A stretch of DNA of 38,001 nt from Clostridiaceae bacterium (GTDB taxonomy: Bacteria; Bacillota; Clostridia; Oscillospirales; Acutalibacteraceae): positions 1 through 38,001 of the forward strand of contig JAEEUJ010000001.1 of NCBI GenBank assembly GCA_016290515.1, written 5' to 3'. The position numbers were made by a program, and so were the translations under genes. Below the pieces are notes generated by a model. The model was not told the origin of the DNA, searched no databases, and was given only the letters and a program-made list of their open reading frames with translations. Each line of letters opens with the position of its first letter. Position 1 is the first letter of the stretch. Shown piece by piece: positions 1-10,160 of this stretch.

Positions 1-107
1 TCGCCGTTTTCCGCATAGAGCCACGCCCCATTGAAGCCGTCTTTTTCCTGCAGCGCCCGGGCAAGGTTTTCCATTGTTGTATTCTTATCCATCTTGTTTC
101 TCTCCAT
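1..107 (-). CDS. N-terminal fragment of a CDS that runs off the window start; possibly a serine hydrolase/beta-lactamase-family protein
   Basis: The minus-strand frame is open from the ATG at 105-107 to position 1 and reads MERNKMDKNTTMENLARALQEKDGFNGAWLYAENG. In-frame alternative ATGs lie at 207-209, 90-92 and 72-74. It is absent from the ORF track because it is truncated. The GF.G..L.A.NG pattern resembles N-termini of class-C-like serine hydrolases, but this is weak evidence. Confidence 0.25.
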   Translation of the reverse strand, partial: MERNKMDKNTTMENLARALQEKDGFNGAWLYAENG

Positions 108-284
108 AACCTTCGATTTATCTATTTCTTTGTCATCATTGTCACGCACTCCACATGCCTTGGAGCAGCAGGTCAAATAAAATGGCTTGTATTCGGCCCG
201 CTGGTTCATCCCTATGAAAGAACGGGCAATTTTCCGGTATCGGTCAGGGCTGAGACAGTAAGATGAATATCGGCAAACCAGAAT

Positions 285-836
285 TTATAGATTAAAAGCT
301 TCCTTAATCAATCTTGCAACTTCGGCAGGTTCTTTATCAGAATTATCGATTCTAAGATAGTTGTCAAAAGTGATTTCTCCTTCATAACTTACGCATCTAT
401 AATTCTTATCATCATTTATTAAGCGCTGATTCGATAATTCTATGTCTCTTTTGGATGCTTTGTAATTAAGTCTGTTTTCTGTTGCATTCCTCTGAAGTCT
501 AACCTCTTGAGGAGCTATCAATTCTACATAATAGAATTCCGTATCATATGGCTTAAATATTTCCTTAACATGTTCAACATAATCCCAATCATCTTTACAA
601 TCGAACGCCCACATATAAGTGAAAATCATTCCATAATTATCAGATGCTGCGAAGTTTTTAAAAACTACCTCTCGTATTTGTGAAATAGTTTTGCCATCAT
701 ACTTACCAAAAATCTCTATCACTGGCTCGATGGTCATATGATTATGAAAAAGTCTTAAGTCTGTAATTTTCATTAGTTCCTGACCAACTGTCATTTTTCC
801 AACAGCTGCATCACCGATCAAAAATAATAATTTCAT
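285..836 (-). CDS. Small P-loop NTPase / kinase-like ATP-binding protein
   Basis: 183-aa ORF with an N-terminal Walker A-like motif (LIGDAAVGKMTVGQEL). Its size and layout resemble small nucleotide/shikimate-kinase-like AAA proteins. I recognised no further family-specific motif. Confidence 0.6.
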   Translation of the reverse strand: MKLLFLIGDAAVGKMTVGQELMKITDLRLFHNHMTIEPVIEIFGKYDGKTISQIREVVFKNFAASDNYGMIFTYMWAFDCKDDWDYVEHVKEIFKPYDTEFYYVELIAPQEVRLQRNATENRLNYKASKRDIELSNQRLINDDKNYRCVSYEGEITFDNYLRIDNSDKEPAEVARLIKEAFNL

Positions 837-863
837 TGGCGACCTCTACAAATTCCGATTTAT

Positions 864-2210
864 CTATTTATTTATCATTAATACAACCGTCTCCACATGA
901 ACTGTCCTCGGGAAAAGGTCGACCGCCGTAAGCTTTTCGACTTTGTAACCGAATTCCGAAAAGCGTTTGCAGTCCCTTGCGAGCGTTGCGGGGTCGCAGG
1001 AAACATAAACTATTCTGTCGGGCGACATTTCGCTGACGGTTTTAACAAGGCTCTCTGCGCAGCCCTTTCTCGGCGGGTCGAGAATTACAACGTCGGGTTT
1101 TATCTCCTTTTCGCTTAGCATCTGCGCCGCTTCGGCGGCGTCCATACAGTAAAATTCCGCATTCTCAATGCCGTTGAGTTCAGCGTTGACCTTTGCGTCC
1201 TCTACGGCGGGTTCGACTATCTCAACGCCGATTATCTTTTTCGCGTTTTTCGCCATTGAAAGTCCTATCGTACCCGCACCGCAGTACATATCGACCACGG
1301 TCTCGCTGCCGTCAAGGCCGGCGTATTCGCCCGCCTTTTCATATAGCTTCTCCGCCTGAGCGTGATTAATCTGATAAAACGACAGCGGCGACAGCCTTAT
1401 CTTAACGCCGCACAGCTCGTCGTAAATATAATCCGAGCCGTAAAGCGTTCTGCACACGTCGCCGAGTATGACGTTCGAGTCCTTTTTATTGATATTGAGC
1501 ACTATGCTCTTTATATCGGCAAAGCCGCTCAGCCTCTCAACAAGCTGCTTTTCGGACGGAATTTCGTCACCGTTGATTACAAGGCAGACCATTATTTCCT
1601 TTGTAACGCTTCCCTGCCTTATATAAATATGCCTTATCAGCCCATCTCCCGTTTCTCCGTCATAGACCGACACGCCGAATTCCGCAATCCATTTTCGGAT
1701 TACGGCGACGATATCGGCAAAGGCTTCGGGCTGAAGCAGACAATTCTCACAGTTGACTATACGGTGAGTGTGAAGCGCGTAAAAACCGATTTTCAGCTCC
1801 CTGTCAAAGCCGACGGGATACTGCGCCTTGTTACGGTAGCCGACGGGACTTTCCGCTTCGATAAAGCAGTCAAGATCTTTTTCAATACCGCCGATTCTCT
1901 TAAAGGCGTTTTCAACCTTTTCACGCTTCATTTTAACTTCCGCTTCGTAGGAAATGTGCCTGAAAGCACAGCCGCCGCAGGTTGCGGTCAGCGGGCAGTC
2001 GGGCGCAATTCTGTCCTTCGAAGGATTCAGAACTTTAACGAGCTTGCCGACGGCATAGTTAGGCTTGACCTTGATTATATGCGCCGTAACCGTGTCGCCT
2101 GCCGCGGCGCCGTCAACGAATACAGCCATACCCTCAAAGCGTCCTATACCGCTTCCCTCGGAGGAAAAAGCGTCGATATAAAGTTCAATGTCGTCGTTTT
2201 TCTTAAGCAT
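864..2210 (-). CDS. rlmD: 23S rRNA (uracil-C5)-methyltransferase, RumA/RlmD family (TRAM + Fe-S + SAM-MTase)
   Basis: It has an N-terminal TRAM-like segment and the Cys cluster CPLTATCGGCAFRH plus a downstream Cys. The SAM motif is VVDMYCGAGTIGL and the catalytic region is YVSCDPATLARD. The track ORF starts at a TTG (2225). The ATG at 2208-2210 (MLKKNDD...) is the more likely start. Confidence 0.85.
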   Translation of the reverse strand: MLKKNDDIELYIDAFSSEGSGIGRFEGMAVFVDGAAAGDTVTAHIIKVKPNYAVGKLVKVLNPSKDRIAPDCPLTATCGGCAFRHISYEAEVKMKREKVENAFKRIGGIEKDLDCFIEAESPVGYRNKAQYPVGFDRELKIGFYALHTHRIVNCENCLLQPEAFADIVAVIRKWIAEFGVSVYDGETGDGLIRHIYIRQGSVTKEIMVCLVINGDEIPSEKQLVERLSGFADIKSIVLNINKKDSNVILGDVCRTLYGSDYIYDELCGVKIRLSPLSFYQINHAQAEKLYEKAGEYAGLDGSETVVDMYCGAGTIGLSMAKNAKKIIGVEIVEPAVEDAKVNAELNGIENAEFYCMDAAEAAQMLSEKEIKPDVVILDPPRKGCAESLVKTVSEMSPDRIVYVSCDPATLARDCKRFSEFGYKVEKLTAVDLFPRTVHVETVVLMINK

Positions 2211-2222
2211 TTTTATTCCTAT

Positions 2223-2248
2223 CAAAAACGGGCAGTATTACTGCCCGT
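2223..2248 (-). terminator. Rho-independent terminator downstream of the M23 peptidase gene
   Basis: On the minus strand the sequence is acgggcag-taat-actgcccg followed by TTTTTG. It lies 10-35 nt after the stop at 2258 and directly abuts the rlmD start. Confidence 0.6.
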
Positions 2249-2257
2249 AGTTTTCTG

Positions 2258-3967
2258 TTATCTTCCCAGATACGGCAACGGATTTACACGCCGTCCGTTT
2301 ACATAGACCTCAAAGTGAAGGTGCGGACCGGTTACGTTACCGGATGAGCCGATATTACCCAACTGCTGACCTGCCGAAACGCGCTGGCCGGATGAGACCT
2401 TGAACGAGCCGGGCAGCATATGAGCGTATCTCGTCTGAAGGCCGTTGCCGTGGTCAATAAGCACGTTGTAACCCCACGAAGAGTGGTAGCTCGCCGAAAC
2501 GACTCTGCCCGAAGCAGCCGCAACTATGGGACAGCCCGTACTGTTGCCGCCTGCCTTGACGATATCGATACCGCCGTGGCCGCGTCTGCCGCCGAAGTAC
2601 GACGAGATATTGTACGCGCCGATTGCAGGCCATACGAAGGTGCCGCCGTAGCTCTTGACGGTGCCGTAGCTCGCCGAACCGTAGCCCGAGGACGCATAAG
2701 CCTTGGTGCCGACCTGAACCTTTTCCTCAACGGGTTGTTTGGTCGTAACTCTGCCGATTTCCTTGGCGGAAACTCTTACGCCGTCAATATATGTTACAAG
2801 CTCGGTGACGAGCTGTTCGCCCTTCTGACCGTTCTGAACGGTCTTCTTGACGCCCTTATAAAGATTTGAGGTTTCGATTGTAACAGTCCTGTACGGCAAC
2901 AGCTCCGTGTGCTGTTCGGTCTTGGTAACCTGAACACGTACAAAGTTGACCTCGCTCTTGACGAGTATCTTGTCGCCGACGTGAATTGCATTACCGATTG
3001 ACGGGTTAAGCGCGTAAATCTCGGACGTTGAGATGCCAAACCTCTGGGCAATTCCCGAGGGAGTGTCGCCCGAAGCCACGGTGTAGTATATGGCCTCGCT
3101 CTTTTTAGTGCCGAGCTTGTCCGAAAGCTTGACCGCATCCCATACGGTGTTGTCGTTATCGGGATACATACCCTGACGGTACGAGATATCCTCGACGAAG
3201 CTGACAATCGCATTCGGGTCGTCAACGGTGTAGTTTTCAAGTATGTTGTCAAAGACCGTCATAGCGTCGGTTTCATTCTTGACCGCGCACAGAAATTCGT
3301 TGTCAATATAGATTCCGCAGGCGTTGGTGATATTGCTGTCGGAACGCTCAATAAGCTTGTTCGCGATAGCCTCGGAGTCATTGTAATCCGTAAGGCTGAC
3401 TGTCGCAATCTTATACTGGGCGGTCTTAATAACGTTCTCGCCCTCGTTGGCAACGATGGCAGTCTGAAGTCTCTCCTGCGCCTTGCTCTGGGCGGCGAGA
3501 TAGACCGACTCGGAGCTGACGTAGCCTATATCGGAGTTGTTGTAGGTTATCTTAAGTCCGAGCTGCTGCGAATTCCAGTGATGGACGGTAAACAGCAGTA
3601 TAACGAGTGCAAACGCGGGTGCCACAACATTTGTAAGCACCGAGAAAACCGTGTCGTGCTTGTTGAAAGCTTTTCTGACGTTGAACTTGAACACACTCCA
3701 GCCGCGTTTTTTGTCGCCCTTGAAGATGCTGAAAATCTCCTTGATTGTCGCCCTTGCCTCGCGGTAAAGTTCACCCGTCTCGGCGGCAACGTTGCGGATA
3801 TGGGATATTACGAAACGGTCAACAAGCAGCAATCCCGCCATCACCAAAGCGCCAAGCGCCTTGACGGGCTTAGCTAAGAAGCGTATCAGCCTTCTCGACA
3901 GACGGGAAAGAAATCTCGCCGTGTAAAGACCGAGCAGATATAGCTTTTTGTAAACAAAACCGAACAT
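2258..3967 (-). CDS. Membrane-anchored LysM / G5 / M23-family metallopeptidase (peptidoglycan hydrolase)
   Basis: The N-terminus has hydrophobic segments. The LysM motif is YTVASGDTPSGIAQRFGISTSEIYALNP...GDKILV. A G5-like segment (VTKTEQHTELLPYRTVTIETSNLYKG...VQVGTK) follows. M23 zinc motifs are present (HGGIDI and GPHLHFEV). Confidence 0.85.
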   Translation of the reverse strand: MFGFVYKKLYLLGLYTARFLSRLSRRLIRFLAKPVKALGALVMAGLLLVDRFVISHIRNVAAETGELYREARATIKEIFSIFKGDKKRGWSVFKFNVRKAFNKHDTVFSVLTNVVAPAFALVILLFTVHHWNSQQLGLKITYNNSDIGYVSSESVYLAAQSKAQERLQTAIVANEGENVIKTAQYKIATVSLTDYNDSEAIANKLIERSDSNITNACGIYIDNEFLCAVKNETDAMTVFDNILENYTVDDPNAIVSFVEDISYRQGMYPDNDNTVWDAVKLSDKLGTKKSEAIYYTVASGDTPSGIAQRFGISTSEIYALNPSIGNAIHVGDKILVKSEVNFVRVQVTKTEQHTELLPYRTVTIETSNLYKGVKKTVQNGQKGEQLVTELVTYIDGVRVSAKEIGRVTTKQPVEEKVQVGTKAYASSGYGSASYGTVKSYGGTFVWPAIGAYNISSYFGGRRGHGGIDIVKAGGNSTGCPIVAAASGRVVSASYHSSWGYNVLIDHGNGLQTRYAHMLPGSFKVSSGQRVSAGQQLGNIGSSGNVTGPHLHFEVYVNGRRVNPLPYLGR

Positions 3968-4039
3968 AATATCTCCGAAAAAGATAAAAATCTATAACTT
4001 ATTTATTATATCACAAAACAGTATTTTTTTCAAGTTTTG

Positions 4040-6070
4040 CTATATGCCGTAGCTCTCGCGGAACATATAGTCAACCTGACGGCGCAGCTTGGCGTTTTCG
4101 GGCTTCGACAGATCTCTGTCGTTTTCGATTACCGCGCACGCCTCGCGCTGAGCCTTCATAAGAAGCTCGGTGTCCGTCAGTATGTCTGCCAGCGCAAGCT
4201 TCGGCAGACCGTGCTGACGCTTTCCGAAGAAGTCGCCTGGGCCTCTTAAGCGAAGGTCCTCGTTGGCAATTCTGAAACCGTCGGACGTTTCGCACATAAC
4301 GCGGAAACGTGCGGTCGCCTCCTCATTCTGAGCGTCGGAAACAAGTACGCAGGTGGACTTTCTCTCGCCCCTTCCTATACGCCCGCGAAGCTGATGAAGC
4401 TGAGAAAGGCCGAAGCGCTCTGCATTTTCAATTACCATTATCGCCGCATTGGGCACGTCGACGCCGACCTCGATTACAACGGTCGAGACAAGAAGTTGAA
4501 TTACGCCGTTTGCGAAGTCGCGCATAATTCTTTCCTTATCGGCAGGTTTCATCTGACCGTGCAGAAGTCCGACGCGATAGTCGGCAAACTCGCCCTGCGA
4601 GAGTATTTTGTAGTATTCCTCGGCGGGAGTGATATCAAGTTCGCCCTCCTCGATAAGCGGGCAGACAACGTAGCCCTGCGCGCCGTCGTCAAGATATTTC
4701 TTGATATACGAATAAATCCTTGCGTGGTATTCGCTGCCTACCTGATAGGTTTCGACAGCCTTTCTTCCGGGAGGCAGCTCGTCAAGCACGGAAACGTTCA
4801 GGTCGCCGTACATCATCATCGCCAGCGTACGCGGAATGGGCGTTGCGGACATAACGTAAATGTGCGGATTGTCGCCCTTAGCCGCAAGGCTCGAACGCTG
4901 AGCTACGCCGAAACGGTGCTGCTCGTCGGTTATAACAAGTCCGAGTGAATTGTATTCAACGTCCTGCTGAATTAACGCGTGCGTACCTATTGCAAGTGCC
5001 GCTTCGCCGCTTGCGAGCGCCTGCTTGGCAGCCTTTTTTTCGGCGGCCTTCATACTGCCCGTAAGCAGAACAATCTTTATATCGGTGTCTTTGAACAGCT
5101 TCTGAAATGTTGCGTAATGCTGTTCGGCAAGCACCTCGGTCGGCGCCATCATAGCCGACTGAAAGCCGTTTTTCGCCATAGTATAGATGAGCGCGGCGGC
5201 AACGGCGGTTTTACCCGAGCCTACGTCGCCCTGCAAAAGCCTGTTCATGGGCTCGTCGCGTTTCATATCGCCGAGTGCTTCGCCTATCGACCTCGTCTGA
5301 GCGCCTGTCAGCTTGAACGGAAGACAACGGACAAATTCGTCGGTGAAGTCCTTTTTTATAATGCAACCCGTTTTAAGAGTGTGCGTTCTGTTTTTGATTG
5401 AAAGCAGTCCGAGTTCAAGCGCAAAAAGCTCGTCGAAAATCAGTCTGTCGCGCGCCTTTGCGAGTGCCTGATAGCTTTCGGGAAAATGAATATTGCGTAT
5501 AGTGTAATCAAGCGGGCAAAGCCCGTTGCCGCTAATCATTCTTTCGGGCATATACTCGGGTATTTCGTCTATATTTGCAAACGCGGTTTCAACGCATTTC
5601 TCGATAAATTTTGAATTAATCGCGCTGTTCTGCGGATAAATCGGTCGGATTTTTGCGTCCTTCTGCGCCTTCTGAAATACGGGCGATGCCATCTCCCTGC
5701 CCGCATAACGGTTCATCGTAACCTTGCCGAAGAAGTAGTATTCCTCGCCCTCCTTAAGCATGGTGTTGATGTACTTGTTGTTGAAAAACGTCAGCGTCAT
5801 CAGTCCAACGCCGTCGGTTACGGTAGTTTTTGAAATAAACTTGTTGCCCTTGATTCTCACCTTGCTCGGAGTGTCGCAGACTGTCGCTTTAATACAAATA
5901 TTTTCGTTAAGCGGAGCCTCGCGTATGGTATATACCTTGCTCCAGTCCTCATAGGCACGCGGATAATAGCGCAAAAGAGCACCGACAGTATCGATGCCGA
6001 GCTTGTGTAAGCCCTCTGCCCTGACACTGCCAACGCCCTTTAAGTATCTTATTTCGGTTGAAAAATTCAT
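4040..6070 (-). CDS. recG: ATP-dependent DNA helicase RecG
   Basis: 676 aa with an N-terminal wedge/OB region. Helicase motif I is GDVGSGKT and motif II is DEQHRFG. The C-terminal region LHGQMK...QLRGRIGRG is typical of RecG. Confidence 0.93.
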   Translation of the reverse strand: MNFSTEIRYLKGVGSVRAEGLHKLGIDTVGALLRYYPRAYEDWSKVYTIREAPLNENICIKATVCDTPSKVRIKGNKFISKTTVTDGVGLMTLTFFNNKYINTMLKEGEEYYFFGKVTMNRYAGREMASPVFQKAQKDAKIRPIYPQNSAINSKFIEKCVETAFANIDEIPEYMPERMISGNGLCPLDYTIRNIHFPESYQALAKARDRLIFDELFALELGLLSIKNRTHTLKTGCIIKKDFTDEFVRCLPFKLTGAQTRSIGEALGDMKRDEPMNRLLQGDVGSGKTAVAAALIYTMAKNGFQSAMMAPTEVLAEQHYATFQKLFKDTDIKIVLLTGSMKAAEKKAAKQALASGEAALAIGTHALIQQDVEYNSLGLVITDEQHRFGVAQRSSLAAKGDNPHIYVMSATPIPRTLAMMMYGDLNVSVLDELPPGRKAVETYQVGSEYHARIYSYIKKYLDDGAQGYVVCPLIEEGELDITPAEEYYKILSQGEFADYRVGLLHGQMKPADKERIMRDFANGVIQLLVSTVVIEVGVDVPNAAIMVIENAERFGLSQLHQLRGRIGRGERKSTCVLVSDAQNEEATARFRVMCETSDGFRIANEDLRLRGPGDFFGKRQHGLPKLALADILTDTELLMKAQREACAVIENDRDLSKPENAKLRRQVDYMFRESYGI

Positions 6071-6079
6071 ACTGTCCTC

Positions 6080-7588
6080 TTATTTGGATGCTTCCCAGTT
6101 CTCGATATTGCCGTAAATATTGAACGGTGCGTATGAGAAATCGGGCTTGTATTCGCCCGAGTATGCCGCGAGTCCCATTCTGTAGCAGACGGGCACGAAG
6201 GGCATAGTATCGTAAAAGCTGTCAAGCATCGCGTCCATTGAAGTTGCGCCCTGCTTAAACGAGTTATAAACTCCGAAAAAACTCGACGACTTGTCGATAC
6301 CCGTCGAGGCACTGCCGGACGAAAAGACCGAAAGGTCCATATTCTCAGTCAGCTTGACCTCGCCGAGATACATATCGAAATCGCCCGAAGCTATCTTCTG
6401 GGTGTAGGTGGCAAAATCGACCGCTTCGACGTTTATACCGAAGCCCTGAGCGTTAAGCTCGGAGGCTATCTTATACGCCGCTGCCGTGCGGAAAGCGTTG
6501 TTGTTATTGACAAGCAGCCTGAATTCAAGGCTGTCGGAGGAATTTGTGAGAACGCCCTTTGTGTTTTTATAGTTGTATCCGAGCTTGGAAAGAATGGTCG
6601 CGCACTTGCTTCTGTCGCCCTTTACGTCGGGCGTTTCAACGCCTTCAAGCAGATATAAATCGGGATTAAACGGTACACTCGTAGCCTTCGAATAACCCTG
6701 ATAAGCGGTTGCGGAAACCTCGTCCTTGTCAACGGCATAGTAAACCGCCGTCCTCATAGCCGAAGACGCAAGTACCTTGTTATTGCAGTTAAGCTCAAGG
6801 AATACCAGATTGTTGAGCGTAATCGCCTTGTTGGCGGCAACTATACGCTTATACGCGCCCTCGGAAAAATCGTCAAACAGGAAATTGAAATTCCCTATTT
6901 CAAGCTCGTTTGTAATATATTCAAGCTTGCGCACGTTGTAAAGCTCTACGGTGTTAATCTCGCTTGCAATCTGCGAATTGGGATTAAGAGTCATTTTTTC
7001 GGGCTCGGTGAGTACAAACACACCCGAGCCTATCGGAAGTATGTCGTCGGACCACGCGCTGCCGAATTTAACCACGGGGAAGCACAGAGCATTGACGCCC
7101 AGTACGTCGGGTTCGGTGAGTGTGAACACCACTCTCTCGCCCTTCATATATGCGTCCTCAACGTTTTTAAGTCTTTGCGAAAATGCGGGTGATTGCTTGG
7201 CAAGTTCAAATGAATAAACAACGTCTCTCGGCGTCAAAAGACTCGAATCGCTGAAAGTAACGCTTCTGAGAGTTACGTTTATATTTCTTCCGTCGTATTC
7301 GTAAGCTTCGGCTATAACGGGCTCGACGGAATAGTCGGATTTTATATCAAACAACGGCTGACAGTAAAGATAGCACAGTGCGAGATTCTCGCTGCCCGTC
7401 GCCGTAAAGGGATTGAGCGTGTCCGCGGATGAATACGGAAGCGTAATCTTGACTATCTTCTGCTCAGCCCTGTCCTCATATACGGGTGCAGTTTCGCCTT
7501 CTTCGGGACTGTCCTTGGTGCCGCATGAGCAAAGCATAAGTACGGCTGCCGTAAAAATGCAGAAAATGCTTAATATTCTCTTTTTCAC
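6080..7588 (-). CDS. ABC-transporter substrate-binding lipoprotein, family 5 (peptide/nickel type)
   Basis: It has a signal peptide with a lipobox (VLMLCS|CG), and its length and composition are typical of SBP_bac_5 proteins. The GTG at 7586-7588 sits 9 nt after AAGGAG, giving (M)KKRILSIF. The track ORF starts 9 nt upstream at a TTG (7597). No permease or ATPase genes are adjacent. Confidence 0.7.
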   Translation of the reverse strand: MKKRILSIFCIFTAAVLMLCSCGTKDSPEEGETAPVYEDRAEQKIVKITLPYSSADTLNPFTATGSENLALCYLYCQPLFDIKSDYSVEPVIAEAYEYDGRNINVTLRSVTFSDSSLLTPRDVVYSFELAKQSPAFSQRLKNVEDAYMKGERVVFTLTEPDVLGVNALCFPVVKFGSAWSDDILPIGSGVFVLTEPEKMTLNPNSQIASEINTVELYNVRKLEYITNELEIGNFNFLFDDFSEGAYKRIVAANKAITLNNLVFLELNCNNKVLASSAMRTAVYYAVDKDEVSATAYQGYSKATSVPFNPDLYLLEGVETPDVKGDRSKCATILSKLGYNYKNTKGVLTNSSDSLEFRLLVNNNNAFRTAAAYKIASELNAQGFGINVEAVDFATYTQKIASGDFDMYLGEVKLTENMDLSVFSSGSASTGIDKSSSFFGVYNSFKQGATSMDAMLDSFYDTMPFVPVCYRMGLAAYSGEYKPDFSYAPFNIYGNIENWEASK

Positions 7589-7602
7589 GGCAATCAACTC
7601 CT

Positions 7603-8385
7603 TTATGCGTTTACTCTTTGCACGTCAAGACAGCGCCCCGTCTTTTTATCAATCTCAAACAGTACGCCCTCAAGCACACACTCGCCCTCTGCGGTTTCAA
7701 AGCGTGCGGGCATGTTCGTTTTCATTCTCTCAATAATGATTTCGGGTTTGACGCCGAGCACCGATTGCTTCGGCCCCGTCATACCGGCGTCGGTAATATA
7801 ACCCGTACCGTTCGGCAATATCTGCTCGTCAGCAGTCTGAACATGAGTGTGCGTGCCGAACACCGCCGACACTCTGCCGTCAACGTAGAAGCCGAAGGCT
7901 CTCTTTTCGCTCGTTGCTTCGGCGTGGAAATCAACTATGATTATTTTAACGTCTCTTTCAAGCGCGGCAATTGAAGCGTCAACACAGTCGAGCGGATTTT
8001 TCACCGCCTCCATAAACGCCGTGCCGAGCACGTTGACGACACCTATCCTCACGAAGCCCTTGTCAAGCACGGTATAACCGATTCCCGGACAGTCCTCGGT
8101 ATAATTTGCAGGTCTTATCACACTGATAGCGCCGTCAAGAGTATCGTAAACCTCCCGACGCTTGTAGCTGTGGTTGCCGCCTGTTATTATATCCGCACCT
8201 GCCGAAAACAGCTGCTCAATCGAGAAGGGCGTCATTCCGTTGCCCTGCGCCGAATTCTCACCGTTGACGATAACGGCGTCAATATTCAGTTCCTTTTTCA
8301 GCTTCGGTAACGTCTGCTTAAGCTTTTCGCAACCCGCGGTTGCAACAACGTCGCCGACAGCCAGAATTCTTACGGTATCAGCCAT
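7603..8385 (-). CDS. ymdB: YmdB-family metallophosphoesterase (2',3'-cyclic-nucleotide phosphodiesterase, TIGR00282-like)
   Basis: It carries the motifs ILAVGDVV, NGENSAQGNG, GGNH and DFHAEATSEK. The position directly downstream of rny matches the conserved Firmicute rny-ymdB pair. Confidence 0.9.
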   Translation of the reverse strand: MADTVRILAVGDVVATAGCEKLKQTLPKLKKELNIDAVIVNGENSAQGNGMTPFSIEQLFSAGADIITGGNHSYKRREVYDTLDGAISVIRPANYTEDCPGIGYTVLDKGFVRIGVVNVLGTAFMEAVKNPLDCVDASIAALERDVKIIIVDFHAEATSEKRAFGFYVDGRVSAVFGTHTHVQTADEQILPNGTGYITDAGMTGPKQSVLGVKPEIIIERMKTNMPARFETAEGECVLEGVLFEIDKKTGRCLDVQRVNA

Positions 8386-8414
8386 AATTCACCGTTTCTA
8401 TCATAATTTTTAAC

Positions 8415-8438
8415 GGCCCTGACTGCACAGTCAAGGCC
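8415..8438 (-). other. Intercistronic stem-loop between rny and ymdB with no U-tract on the coding strand
   Basis: Arms ggccctgact (8415-8424) and agtcaaggcc (8429-8438). The single mismatch becomes a G-U wobble only in the minus-strand RNA, so the fold favours the sense transcript. Confidence 0.4.
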
Positions 8439-8445
8439 GCCTGTT

Positions 8446-10002
8446 TTATTTTGCGTAATCGACTATGCGATTTTCACGAACGATATTTACTTTAATCTGG
8501 CCCGGATATTCAAGCTCTTCTTCAATCTTCTTGACTACGTCACGGGCAATAAGTACCATCTTTTCGTCACTGACAACGTCGGGCTTGACCATTATGCGAA
8601 TCTCACGGCCTGCCTGAATTGCAAACGACTTTTCAACGCCCTCGAATGAGGAAGCGATTTCCTCAAGCTTCTCAAGACGCTTGATGTAATTTTCAACGTT
8701 CTCTCTTCTCGCGCCGGGACGTGATGCCGAAACCGCATCAGCCGCCTGAACGAGACACGCAACGACGGTCTTGGCTTCGATGTCGCCGTGATGGGCGGCA
8801 ATCGCGTGAACGACCTGATCGTTTTCCTTGTACTTCTTGGCATATTCAACGCCAAGCTCGATGTGGGTTCCGTCCATCTCGTGGTCGAGCGCCTTACCGA
8901 TATCGTGCAGAAGACCTGCTCTCTTGGCAGTCTTGACATCCGCACCCAGCTCGGCGGCCATAAGACCGGCTATATAGGAAACCTCAAGCGAGTGGTTAAG
9001 TACGTTCTGACCGTAGCTCGTACGGTACTTAAGCTTACCGAGAAGCTTGACAAGCTCGGGATGAACGCCGTTGACGCCCGCGTCAATAACCGCTCTCTCG
9101 CCCGTCTGACGGATGGTCTGCTCAACCTCGCGTCTTGACTTCTCATACATTTCCTCAATGCGCGCGGGATGGATTCTTCCGTCCGCGATAAGCTTTTCGA
9201 TGGTGAGCCTTGCAACCTCACGTCTGACAGGGTCAAAGCTCGATACTGTAATGGCCTCAGGCGTGTCATCAATGATAAGGTCAACACCCGTAATCGTTTC
9301 GAGTGTTCTGACGTTACGTCCCTCACGGCCGATAATTCTGCCCTTCATATCGTCACTGGGCAGTGTGACAACGGAAACCGTAGTCTCCGCAGTGTGGTCA
9401 GCGGCACAGCGCTGAATCGCCGTAGCGATAATCTCCCTTGCAAGGGAATCAGCCTCGTCCTTGGTTCTCTGCTCATAGTCAAGCACCTTGAGCGCCTTTT
9501 CGTGAGTGAGTTCCTCGTCGAGTGTCTGTAAGAGTACTGCCTTTGCCTGCTCCTTGGTGTAGCCCGAAACCTTTTCAAGCATATCAAACTGGCTCTTTTT
9601 AAGCGCCTCAACCTCTTCGAGCTTTGCATCGGCCGCCTTGAGCTTCTGGCTCAAGGTTTCTTCTTTTTTCTCAATGTTCTCGGTTTTCTTATCGAGAGCT
9701 TCTTCTTTTTGAATTATTCTACGCTCTTGCCTCTGTACTTCAGCGCGGCGTTCCTTAATGTCCTTATCGGCCTCGGTTCTCAGAGCGTGGATTTCATCCT
9801 TAGCTTCGAGTATTGACTCTCTTTTCTTATTCTCGGCGGTCTGAACAGCCTGATTGACTATTCTCGTCGCCTCTTCTGTAGCAGAGCCTATTGCCGACTC
9901 GGCAACTCTCTTGCGGTGAAGTCCGCCTAATATAAAACCGATTATTCCGAAGACAACTGCGCTTACTATAACGGCAATCGTCGTTATCAATTTAGGATCC
10001 AA
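8446..10002 (-). CDS. rny: Ribonuclease Y
   Basis: It has an N-terminal TM helix, a long Lys/Glu-rich coiled coil, a KH domain ([15 protein letters not shown]) and an HD domain (HSLEV...LLHDIGK). The start is a TTG at 10002, preceded by AAGGAGGTG. Confidence 0.95.
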   Translation of the reverse strand: MDPKLITTIAVIVSAVVFGIIGFILGGLHRKRVAESAIGSATEEATRIVNQAVQTAENKKRESILEAKDEIHALRTEADKDIKERRAEVQRQERRIIQKEEALDKKTENIEKKEETLSQKLKAADAKLEEVEALKKSQFDMLEKVSGYTKEQAKAVLLQTLDEELTHEKALKVLDYEQRTKDEADSLAREIIATAIQRCAADHTAETTVSVVTLPSDDMKGRIIGREGRNVRTLETITGVDLIIDDTPEAITVSSFDPVRREVARLTIEKLIADGRIHPARIEEMYEKSRREVEQTIRQTGERAVIDAGVNGVHPELVKLLGKLKYRTSYGQNVLNHSLEVSYIAGLMAAELGADVKTAKRAGLLHDIGKALDHEMDGTHIELGVEYAKKYKENDQVVHAIAAHHGDIEAKTVVACLVQAADAVSASRPGARRENVENYIKRLEKLEEIASSFEGVEKSFAIQAGREIRIMVKPDVVSDEKMVLIARDVVKKIEEELEYPGQIKVNIVRENRIVDYAK

Positions 10003-10160
10003 AAAGCATTACACCTCCTTATAGGTTAGTTCATTCAAGTAGTTAAAAATCTTTAATGTGCGTTCCTTTCGGTAATTAAATATATAAATACCAGAAGGTG
10101 AAAGTTATTAAATTTTATGACAATGTAATATTTTTCGCATTATACTACACTATCTTAGAT

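Noticed and set aside
1362-2306. A 314-aa plus-strand ORF antisense to rlmD, together with many 60-180-aa ORFs nested in recG, rny, yfhO, the pil genes and others.
   Set aside because: All are embedded in or antisense to CDSs that have clear family motifs. Their translations are Arg/Ser/Pro-rich or otherwise atypical, and none has a start context.
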